Of a stretch of 64,000 bases of DNA, positions 26,701 to 38,700 are shown in pieces; the stretch's first letter is position 1; each line of letters begins with the position of its first letter. The stretch is from positions 5,033,518 through 5,097,517 of the forward strand of contig NW_019091355.1 in NCBI RefSeq assembly GCF_001949145.1. The letters run 5' to 3'. The stretch comes from Acanthaster planci. Lineage: Eukaryota. The translations under genes and the position numbers were made by a program. The notes under the pieces were generated by a model. The model saw nothing but the letters and a program-made list of their open reading frames with translations, ran no database searches and was not told where the DNA came from.

Positions 26701-29700
26701 AACCTTGTAAATGCACTTGTTGGTTGGACAGGAAATGAAGGAAGTTCTGTCACTGTCAAGTAGTTACACTATAATTAAGTAATTTTTTGTTTCATTTGAT
26801 GAGACAAGACTAGACCCTGATCATTCACTCAGGCTATGGACAGATCTGCTGAGGAAATCATAATTATTACTAAGGAAATCTGTACTGTAAGGCTTTACAC
26901 TCCCTCCAAAAGCAAAGTGTTAGTCAGAAGCAATCAGGAAATACTGGGGGGTTTCCAAATCTAAGCTTTTCTCCGTCTAGGGCTGCATTCTTGACATCAA
27001 AACCACCTGTAGGCCCACAATGTCTGCACCAAAAATATTTCCATCTCTACGACATGCAGATTGATACTCCTCTACTAAAACACACTTGTAATTGATCCAA
27101 GACTTCCACTGAAGGGATAAAGAATAAGGACAAAACCAGCTATAAAGACAAAGCCCGGGGGCCAATTTCACAGAGCTGCTTAAGAACAAAAAACTTTGCT
27201 TAAAAAACAAAACTTCCAAATCAATATACATCACTTGGCCTGTAGGCTGTAGCCTGATTTATCAAGCAAAATGCTTTCACACTTGAACAAATGTTGTGCT
27301 TAAGCAGCTCTATGAGACTGGCTCCAGATTTGATGCCCCCCCCACCATGATGCAACATTTTCATTCATGACCTTTCTTGGCTCCGTTGAACAGTTATGTT
27401 CACGGCTCAAGAAAGATTGTTGTAACTAGAAGCTGCACAAGCAATCCAAGAATGTCACGTAATGTGTATTCCGATCAACACATGCACCATTTGGATCAAA
27501 ACCCCAGGGGTTCACGCACTTGGCACGCCCATTAAGCTATTTGAACGATTGTAAGGGCATAACCAATTGATGGTGGCCCTCAATTTCCACTTGAGTTAGT
27601 TTTCCTTAAGTCAACACAGAGTTGAAAGCAAACAAGGAGTCTAATTTTGGTGATACCCACACACACAGGATGGGGGACTGTCAACCGCCAACTGCGCAGG
27701 GTGCTGCATCTGTTGCATTAGTAATGACAAACTGTTGCACGTAGCGTTGCGTGCAACAGCAGAGAGCCTGTCGACAGATGAAGGACCCAGTACCCAGAAA
27801 CCAGCATTTCCTGAAAGTCTCTTGTTGACAATTGCCCACTTGTGGAAAACAACTGTTCTAATCCTGAGAAAATTACAGCATCCAGTGTTGACGTATGAAC
27901 CCCTGTGTACATTCAAAGAAATGTTGTCAACAGCCGAACTTCTTCACTGCTGAAATAAGCACATATCCTTTTAACAAGCAGACTCTTAACTCCACTTTCA
28001 TCGCAGACGTTAAATCCCCAAAATTCCTGGCATATGACAGTTGGCAAAGTTAAAGAAGTGAATATCCCTTGAAGCTAAGAAAGTTGTCTTCAAATCAAAG
28101 CTTCGAGTAAGGGAAATTATTTAATAAAACAGTGTTTTTTTAATTTGCATACATTCTTAGATTACCCTAAGTGGATTAAAGATCTGACACACAACACTTG
28201 ACATGGTTATATTTATCGTTAAATCAAGGTTTCATGGATAAAAAAAACTGCCGAAGGAAAATTCCTAATGATGATTACAGTATTCCATTTGAAACTTTGA
28301 CATTAAAACAACGCTTACCACAGAAAATAAATCTGACCACGAGCCTATTCAATGGTCATCTCAACTTTTTTTGTTCAGAGTTCAAATAAACCTACCTTGT
28401 TCTTAGACCCTCTGGAGAATTTGCTTGTTCTCTTTGGCCATTTGACAAACATTACAAACAAATTAAAGGCCATGACTGCAACCAAATTCTTGATGCTTGG
28501 TTCTTCTTGAATCCAGTTCCTTGCACAGGAAATGCTCCGTCCTTGTTGACCAAACTTTGCAAAAGGATCGAGTGTAACTACAACACACCCAACCTCAGGC
28601 CACTGACCTAAATCAGTTTACCATCAATTGACGGTGACTTCCTAAGATGCAAATGAGTTGCCTGATTGGCCAAGAAGCTGTAGTCAAGGGGAACGAGTGA
28701 TTGGCGGACGACTCAGTTGAGATTGCATCATCTTGCTGTGGCAGTGACTTTTGGATACAAGTATGCAAAACAGCACACGCGTGGGCAGTTCAAAGATTGA
28801 ATCTGCAAGAAGCTGACAGATGAGGTATCCCTGGCACTTGATTGGTTAGCTTTACCCTCTCCTATAGTGAAAGGCTAGTGTAACCTTGAGATGTGAATAT
28901 TCATGACTTGATTGTTCACAAGTGCAACAGACCGACCAGATTTGTCCGTTGCAGCTCAGCCTGCGTGAAATTGGAGTGACTACAGAAATTGGCTATAAAA
29001 TGTAAGCAGTTAGACAGTCTCTGCTTCAACTTGCAGTAATTTGATTGGCAGATGAGTCACTTAAACTCCGTGATTGGCTAGGGCCTCCTGGGTTAGCATG
29101 CAGGTCCCTAGACTTCATCAGGAGCTGATTTGCATATTTATGAGTCACCACAATGTTATATTAACTCCAACTGATCTTAAGCACATATCCTGTTAGTTTT
29201 TTCAGTCACACTGACCCCAGAGGAACTTATCAGATGCTTTATTTGTTAACTTTAAGAGCTCAAAAACTTGACAAGGTCACTCAAATGGCCTTTATGGATG
29301 CCAAACCAAAATCGGGCAGCAAGACATTCTATCACTGTACACAGCCAACCGTTGTACATTGGGAGTCAGTTCCGCCACAGCAGCTCGCTGCTGGACACCG
29401 TCTGCAGCTCCTGTGTTTCACTTGAAAAATTAGAGTGTTGCAGGAAGTGATTAGGACATAAAGTAACCCACTGTACCGTTATCCACTGTACCGGTATATC
29501 AAAGCAACTGTAAGTAGGCTATACATGCCCCAAAACAGCTCTGCTGTGGAGAAATTCACAGGAAGATTTGCTGATGTGCAAAGCAGCAGAAAAAAAATGT
29601 TTGTTTGAATGATACCCTCTGCTGAGTCTTGAATAAGATGTAGGTCAGTATACATGTAAATGTAGGTCATTAGAAACAATTCTCCAAAAAAAGTCTTCTT

Positions 29701-32700
29701 TCTTTCACTTTTTCCCTGTCCTTTTTTTTCCCTTCTGTTGTTGCTTTCATTCCAGATTTTTGTCCGTGGACGTACACCACAGGACAGGAGACAGTCCCAG
29801 AGGATGGCTTGTCAATAGGGTGACAGTAACTTGCTGGAAGTTGAGGAAAATGACACAATTTGAAATTCCTGGAGAATATTGAAGCCACAGGAAATCGCAC
29901 CTGATCATAAGTGGTGACAAATCCACAGCATTCGCCTGAAGGTGCGCCGAGGTGCCCTCTACGTGGGCCCATTTTAGGGGGGGCGGACAGACTGCTAATG
30001 ACACTCCCTTCCCCGTCACATCACTGCCTCTGCCTGTCTTTGTAATTTGGGACTTTTCTCCTTTTTCGCAGAAAGGGGGGGTGTCAAAACTGATCCAAAC
30101 TGTCCTGGAACAATTAGCACCGTCCCTGCACACTTCCCACCCATCACTAAAGAGAATCCTGACATGCAACAACTAGATGCAGGCACAAGACATGCACAAA
30201 CTCTGTCATGTTATCCACAATCAACAAAGGGCACATGAGCTCTGAGCCTCCATGAACTGACAGTCCCAACTGTGAGGCATATCGTCATCTTCTGATAACC
30301 CGTTGACTCACAAAGTACATGCTCCTTTTACTTCTTCGACTATGCATCAACAACATGTGGGGTTGTTTGGGGCAGTCCTTTGAATATACATGTAATTGAA
30401 GAAGTTTTTGATAATATGAGCCAAACAATCCACCTTTTTTAATCTCTAAACTTTTGGGGCGTCACTTGAACTCTGATTTATCATTGTTTTGAGTCAACTG
30501 AACACAATTTCTCATTTCTTTACAGTAAGAAATCTTTCTTCTGCGACTGTCTTTAAAGGCAATGTTGGGTGTGCAAAGGAAGAGGGGATTTATTCACCAG
30601 TCGTGATTAAAATGACTACTCCTAACATAGTGAAGTTTGGAATTTAATCTCAGTGTTGCACAGCTTCACCCGAAATCTGCAGTGGAAAGTTTTCGTCAGC
30701 AGAGGGAAAGAGGTCTCAGACAACAACAACAACAAAATTTCCAGCGTCAAAAGAATGGCAAACAATACCTTAACGCATCGGTGGTAACTCTTAAACATCC
30801 CCATGGCTGCTTCCTGGTACTGCTTCTCAAGCATGTCATGCTGAAACTGGAGACGACTATTTGGGGGGAAAATGGGGAATTAAAAATGTTAGCAAACATA
30901 TATTCCTTGAGTCTGTACTACCACTGAATTTCAGCATTGATAGTGATGGAGTCTCAATGCTGTTCTTTTTCTTGATCAAAATAGCTCAATATACATGTAT
31001 TTCTGTAACCTGTTATGTACCGGTAATATACCGGTAAAATGCCATTTCATATTTTTGTTCGGTTTCTGTTATTGAGGAATCTGTTGTGACTCATGTAAAG
31101 AAATTAAAACTTTTCACATAAGTTGGGTCAGTGAAGTTCACTGGAAACAAAGTCTTATCAACTTATATTGTTAGAGCCTACCGGTAGATACGTACCTGAT
31201 AAGAGCTTTCTGTTTCTCAAACTCTCTTTGCTGAAAAATGAATAAAACAATCAATCAATGATTGCCTTGTATAAAGATACAAGATTGCATAATGTCGACT
31301 AAGAGAATTGAATTGTTTGCTGTTATTTGAAATGTCAAGGTTAGACGCAATTTCCAGAAACACAGATTGTCACAAGATGTATTCTCTGTCAATGTTGCAA
31401 CTGGTATTGACATGACAAAGAGCTTGACAGTGAAAGTAGAACAATTTATATTTACATGATGTATCTAGAAAAAAAATTGCATTGATTTGTTGACATTTCT
31501 CCAGATTTCAAATACTTTCACCTTCGCTTTACAACTTTGAGGACAGCACACTCTCACACAGTTTCACCCAATCTGCTTTTCATTTGCACAGATAGCCAGA
31601 GCTCAAAAAACCTGATCACTGATGAGTTGTAATGTGATCTGCAAAAACCTTCATATGGTGCGCTTTGTCATTTGGCTGCATATAAACTTTCAAATTAATA
31701 TGGCCACATGGTTGTTTTCAGATATACTAGAATTACATTTATGATTCTAGGTTGTCTACAACACAAATCTAGGGTGCCAAGAATCACGAATTAAACAGTT
31801 TTGAAAACAGGACTGTGTTCAGATCAATTTGAAGTTGACATGCACCAAAATAGAGAAGCTCACCGTTTGAAGGGTCTTCGCAAATCATATCACAATTAGT
31901 TTCACATTCATAGTGTGTTATGTTGAATTTGTACATTTTACAATAAGAGTTGAATGCAAAGGAAAAACCACATGGCTAACAGTCCTAAGCTGCATCCTTG
32001 TCTGTTGTCTAGGGCTACGGCTAGGTCTGCAACCCTTAGAAATAGGCATGCTGACAATGGACGTACCAATAGCCACGAGTGTCAATAGCTTTTCAAGAGT
32101 GAGGGGACATAACCTTAATTAGAACCAATGCAAGCGTGAAGCATGAATCCCTGACAGCATGGGTTCCGGGGCCCACTCAAGGGTCCAGGGCCCTTGATCA
32201 GGCCCTGGGAAATTTTGGATTCTAGATGTTTTGTGGTGCAATCTGAGGCAATTTTTAACCACTTGAACAAATTCTTTAGCAAATGCTTTTCCAAATTTAT
32301 TTCATTTTAAAATCATTTTATCTGAAATATGGATCAAATGTAGGCCTACTCCCCCTACATTTTTTATTTGGTGTCCAGGAACAAAGTGGAGGGGACAATT
32401 GATATATCCCCCTGAGTTGGGGGGCATGTCTCCCCATCACCCACAAACTGATGCTCCCTGAAAGACCTTTTCCCACCTAGCCTTAGCCTTTGAAATCAGA
32501 GGCTAAAATTCTTTAAGGGGCTTTAACTCAGGCTTGACATAGAACTGGGTCGGTCCAATCGGTAGGGGTGAAGTTTCACAATTCTTTCCTTTTTTTTTCT
32601 TTATTCTCTTTTCCCAATCAGGGGATGCTTTGCTCCATCCAATCTGAGCTGTGAGTATTCCACATGCTGGGATTAATTTGCACAGGATGTATTACAAGTT

Positions 32701-35700
32701 GTTACAATAATAGAAGCCATGTGTATGCGAGGGGCAGAGGACTTGGGGTCACGGGATGGGTGCGTCACATGCACTTTCAGTTCGAGAAACTGGGTGCTGG
32801 GGGTTAATTCGGTCGGACAGCGACAGTCGAGTTGTGGTGACTGCGTTGACGGTGTGAGTGATCCAGGCTACCCCACCCTTCCTGCCACAGACCCTGGACG
32901 GTCATCGAGAGTGTAGGTGGGGAGGAGTTTGGGCGACAGCTAGGGGAGGCTGGAGTAGACGGGGCAGGAGAGGGAGTTGGGAGAAAGGTATTATTGGGCG
33001 TACGGGCTGTTGACAGAATCATTTCTGGTAACAATTGACTGGAATTTCCTTTGGTGAAATGATCAAGTCAACAGCTGAAGAAATAAGGCTAGTGTTTAAC
33101 CACTTCATGNNNNNNNNNNNNNNNNNNNNNNNNNNNNNNNNNNNNNNNNNNNNNNNNNNNNNNNNNNNNNNNNNNNNNNNNNNNNNNNNNNNNNNNNNNN
33201 NNNNNNNNNNNNNNNNNNNNNNNNNNNNNNNNNNNNNNNNNNNNNNNNNNNNNNNNNNNNNNNNNNNNNNNNNNNNNNATAACTGTCTTTTGTTCACGAA
33301 GCTGGCTCAGTGCACTGCTGACCTCTTTTCAATAGGGGCCAGATTAGCGTGCAGTGGTGCTGTATGGCTCATCCCTGCGGTGGTGGAGCGCTTTTGTCCC
33401 CGGTGGTAATCCGCTCGCTCTCAATGCCCCAAACCCTGGTATATAGTTTCAAAACAAGGCTGGATTATCACCATTTTTGAGAGTGAAAAATGTCGGTAAT
33501 GCCCAGCAGCCTGGTCTTTTGTTCGGAGTACGGTCTTTTGTTACAGGGCCCGGTTTCCTTTGTCCGAGTTTTGAGACCCCGGCCACGCATATAAACCATA
33601 CATCTCCGATTCAGGAGTCCCCGGCAGGAAGTGGTTAAAGAGAAAGTCTACAGAGAAGATGGAGCTTAAGGCCAGTAAAAGGGAGTCAGGATGAAAGGAG
33701 AAGAGAAACAAATACAGGAAAGGATAGGAGGTTCCAAGCAGGCAGGTCATGCCATGGTTAACACCACAGACACATAAAAGCATAGACTGCCAGGTCCTAT
33801 TCAAAACTACAGGAAGTTTTTGTGATCTGCGCGGCGCCCTACTAAAATCAAAACTATGGGCAAATTACCCCTCGGTATAGGGAATTTACTCATACATGTA
33901 GTTGAAGAATTTCAGCCATAAAGTTCTATGAAGCCATTTTTCAATAGTAAAAAAACCTCTGTTTACTTAATCTGGCCCCTAGGGATTCAAAACAATGAAG
34001 TTGCTACATCTGAAAAGAAGACTTAGCAGTACAGAAGATCAAAAAAGGTGAACGCATTTTGGGAGCACATGCACAAATAGAGGCAATGTAAGTGCATTGC
34101 GCGTAATGCGCACTGGACATGCTACCATGCGTCGCTTCGCTCATTGTTTGCCCATACTTTTCAAAATCACGGTTTTACGTGCAAGACCGGCGGTCTATGC
34201 GTTTATATGTGTGTGGTTAACACCCACACAATGGGCTTGGTATAAGAAATGTCAGGGGTAATCCAGTGCCCTATCACAAGAGCAAAATGAAGGCGCCGAG
34301 ATGTCACTGCGGCTTAAACCTTGCTCCTGCGACACACGAACTGTGTGACCAATTTTCTACCCAACGCCTGCACAAGACACCAGCACGCACTGTGCCACAT
34401 GTTGATGAATAGACAATGGAGCTTAAATTGCCAGACTGGAAAAGAAAAAGGCCAGTTGCAATTTCAATTTAACCGCAGAACGGTGTTCGGAGATTCAGGG
34501 TCAAATCTGGGAGTTTTGGGTATGATCACGGAACCATTATTTGATTTGAAAGTTCTGCTACATGTTACATGTAGAGGTATGTAAATGTACTCCCACCATC
34601 AATGGGTATCATTCATTTACATGCCTAAATTTCAATATCTTAGTTTCCTTTATTCCTGCATTCATCGACTCTTTCCATCCACATTCATATCTTTTTCTTG
34701 ACTCTTGACATCAGAGATTTCAAACCTAGCAATGACTGTTCTGTTTGCCAAACTTGAGTCTGCACCCCAAAGAATGCAGCCCAAGATAAGAGAAGAAAAA
34801 AATCTTTGTGAGGCGTCTTGAGGATGAAGGGAAAAAAGGGGTATTCACTTTGTGGATCTGTCTCTCAGAGCTATTGTCGGAATGCTGCAATACATGTAAT
34901 CGGCTGACTGCATTTCCTCTTATCCGTCTGCAATATTTTATCCATCGCCAAAATACTCTGTCATCCACCATTCCCTCAGGACATTCAGCCTCAGTTATTT
35001 TTACCACCGATCCCCTCCTGGTTTCCACAAAGGTTATCGGGAGTGAGATTATATCATATCGATGACAACACCACAATGCCTGCAGGGCAATCTGCAGGGT
35101 TAAGAATCTGTTGGTTTTTTTTTTTTTAGAGCATGCATCAGCATGGGATCAATAGTAGAAAACTCCATGGGGGGCGGGGACCATTTTAAGACTTTTGAAA
35201 AGTGGATAGACAGCAAGATATGAAATGCAGGACAGTGTGGAAGGGGTGCAAGCATACATGACCTTTGGATCTGGCATTATTGGAGGGGATAAGGAGGCAC
35301 GGACCAGGCAAGGGGGAGGGGTTGCGACTCAGTTCCACGACCTAAGTTACTGATCCAGGAAGGCATGGTTATGTGAAAGGGGGATGGGGGCCAAAACAAA
35401 ATGGGAGGAGGAGGTCAGAAAGTGGGTCAAGTAGGAAATTAAACTCCCCTGGTAATAGGTCGCAGCACAGGGTTTCAACATCCGGGTAATTTACCATGAA
35501 TGATGTTTGTTGAAAAAGGAGATGGATGGTCAAGAAGTGGCTTGTTTATCTGGGTTTTTTTTAAGGAGGAACAGAAGAAGTTTGAATCCTGTGGAAGCTT
35601 TCGGGTTTGGGTCACACTTTGTAGCTGGAAATGAATAAAATCATTCTGTATGTTCTGTGCATAACACCCTGGTTACTGGTGAAAAACGCTACAGCAGAGA

Positions 35701-38700
35701 AGTTGGGTGACAGTCCAAATGCCATCGGTGTCTTGTGCCATGCGCCCACTCATGTTGCTACAGATTTGCCAAATTATCCTCATGTGTACTCGGTCGCAGT
35801 GACAGACATGTGCATGCACTGTGTCTTCAAAGGGTAAATTATTACTTACTAAGGGGTAAAACAGTTCTTGTCTTTTGGGTAATTCCAGAAATACGGGGTC
35901 CCNNNNNNNNNNNNNNNNNNNNNNNNNNNNNNNNNNNNNNNNNNNNNNNNNNNNNNNNNNNNNNNNNNNNNNNNNNNNNNNNNNNGTTTGGCAGGTAATT
36001 TGCAAATTTGCAATTTGCCGGGATGCCACAAATTCATGTTTTGCCATGAACCGGCCCTAGTCTTTACCTACCCTGCTCTCTGAAGACGATAATGTGCCGG
36101 TTTTCTTATTCAGCTCTCGCTGTAGGACATTCAACCTCAGTCCCTCTGCATCCAACAACCGACTTGTCACCTACAGAGACAGCATGCAATATACATCAAT
36201 GAATCTCTGGAAAAAACTTACCAGTAGCTTTTCATGGAATCTGTATCAGTTGTGTGTGGACCTTGATAACGAGTTTGCTAGATAACTAACTTTGATAACT
36301 AACTTTCCAGAAATGAGGGGTCCAAAAGTGTGACATTTTCGTGTCCCTATTCCATCTGATCTTTAATATTTTACATGGAAATATCTCCAGAATCGATTTC
36401 AAACTATTACTATTTGTTTGGCAGATAATTTGCATGAATTCATAACTCTTGGAGATTAGAACATGTGTTCTGAACTTACAAAATCTTAAGTCAGATGTAA
36501 CAGGGACACGAAAAAAATGGACCCCGAATTTCTGGAATTACCCTTAACAATAATAGCAAAGCAAAAAGTTTGCCATAAGGAATTTTTTCCCTACGTTAAC
36601 GTCTTCATAATTCAACATGTTGTCCACCTGTACCTTATAACAAAGAACCTTTCTTTGCGTTTGTCCAACATTTTTACTTGAGAGCATTTCAAGATTTTGG
36701 GTAAGAGAAGTTTCGGGCAACTCTCCTCCACAATCTGAAAGGAGTCCTTTAACTCTCCAAAGTTATTTTCACTTCTTCAAATTGAAAAAAAAGGTGAAAA
36801 AAAATTATCAATACATCAATGGATTAATCAAGTAACTGAGTAATACATGTACAATGTACTTGTAGGCTTGCTTTAAATACTGTGCATATGCAGTGGCATA
36901 ACTAGGCTGATATTTTTCAGTGGGTGCACAAACGTTTTTCAAGGGATTACTGTACATGTACATCTTGTAACTTAGACATATACTAGTACACAGGTTATGT
37001 ACATTTCAAAATCTCTAAATGTAGATGGGGGGGGTCATCCTTACTTCCCATGGTGCCGGTAGATGTGCCCCTCTGTGCATGCATCTAATTTGTACATGTA
37101 CATGTACCTGCCAGTTGACATGGGCAACCTTGATGGTCAAGACTGCACCAATAATTTTGAAGATTGTTTATGCAGGTTCACATCTCTCGCCAACATGTAA
37201 TGTTTTTCATGAGATCTTAGAAAGCACAGACAATACAAAGCTAATAACATTACACCAGAGGGGGACAAAAGCAAATACTTGCAAATTGAATGGCTTGAAG
37301 ATGATAGGCCTGTTGAATCTATTATATTTGCACGTGATTTTTTACAGGTAAACAAACAAACAAACAAACTCTTACTGTTGACTTTTATCCTGTCTAGAGT
37401 AAGGTGAAGGAAAGTTTAATGTTTTATTGTTTTCGTCATTCATCGATGCATTTGACATATTTTTATAAGTTTACCATTGATGCTTTTACAATGTGCTATG
37501 GACACTTGGACAAGCAAAGAGACTTCCTGATAATGTTTGCCTTACGTTGCTTCAAAGAAAATATGACAAGACAATTGTCAGCGGGAGTACTGTTGATGTG
37601 GAAAAGCCTTTTTCCAGTGACCTTAAAATGTGAAATCATGTATACAACAGGAAATGAAAAACATCTGCATCTGCATTGCCCGGACCAGTTGCCTAGCAAC
37701 AAGGCAACACTTCCAATGGCTGTTGCCTAGCAATATTTCTTGCAGGTACGAATTATGATTCTGTGGTTTTAGTACATGCAGCTGAAATGACAGTTCACCT
37801 CGGCAACGCATAGCAATATTGAATAAAAAAATTATAACTCATGTAACAGTATGTGTGTAATCATAGGCTTACTAGAGCAGATCAATCATCAACCTGGATA
37901 CGGAAGTTATGCATGCATTCTAAAGAGATTCGCCAGGAGACAATTATTGATGAGCCCCTGCACTGAGGAAGCAAGTGCAGGCAATAAGGGTTTACACCAT
38001 CCAACTAGTCCTTCATCTACCGTAATTATAACGTCATGTCGGCATTCAACCAAGAAGGCCACTGTGTGGTTCTTGACCTAGCAACTACAGAGAGTTCTCC
38101 ATATCAGTGAAAATCAAATTGAAAACTACATGTACCACTGTTTCAGATGAAAAGAATAAAGAAATTAATCCAAGAAAGCATTAACCTTTTTCCTGTTGCT
38201 CTGTTACATTATAAAATTTCTACCAGACTGCATTGTGTTTAGAATACTCCATGTAAGTCTCCTTAGTCAAGGCAAACACACACGCTGGTTATGTCAACTT
38301 GTGCAGCACCTTGCTTGACTACAGGCTAAGTTGTGTCTGGGAGTCACGAGAACTAAAAGCTTTTTTTTATTTCTAAAAAAATCCGGCTATAAAACCTGTT
38401 AGCTTATGATAAACAGAGTGGTCTACACTACAGATATTCACAAGGCGAATATGTACAAGACTCACTACAACAAAGATGCAAATTTTGACCTCTGCTGGTT
38501 CCCTGCAAGTGGCCAGTATCAGTATAGTCAACCAATAAATGGCCTTGATGTTACCAACTATATGTATTGGTACCAGGTCCAATTGGCTGTTGAGGAGAGT
38601 CACTTGGCACTAGCATCCATGAACAGATGTTCATATTTCCACAGCCTCTGGCAAACACGTAACATACTCAGACTTTGGAGAGACATCCAACCCAACTTAA

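Noticed and set aside
30769..31230. Assigning the unknown gene to class IIa HDAC (Q-rich helix), NCOA4 or JPT/HN1
   Set aside because: Only superficial compositional or 5-residue similarity; diagnostic motifs absent
33019..33409. ORFs spanning N runs (also 35673-36060)
   Set aside because: Artefacts of translating assembly gaps
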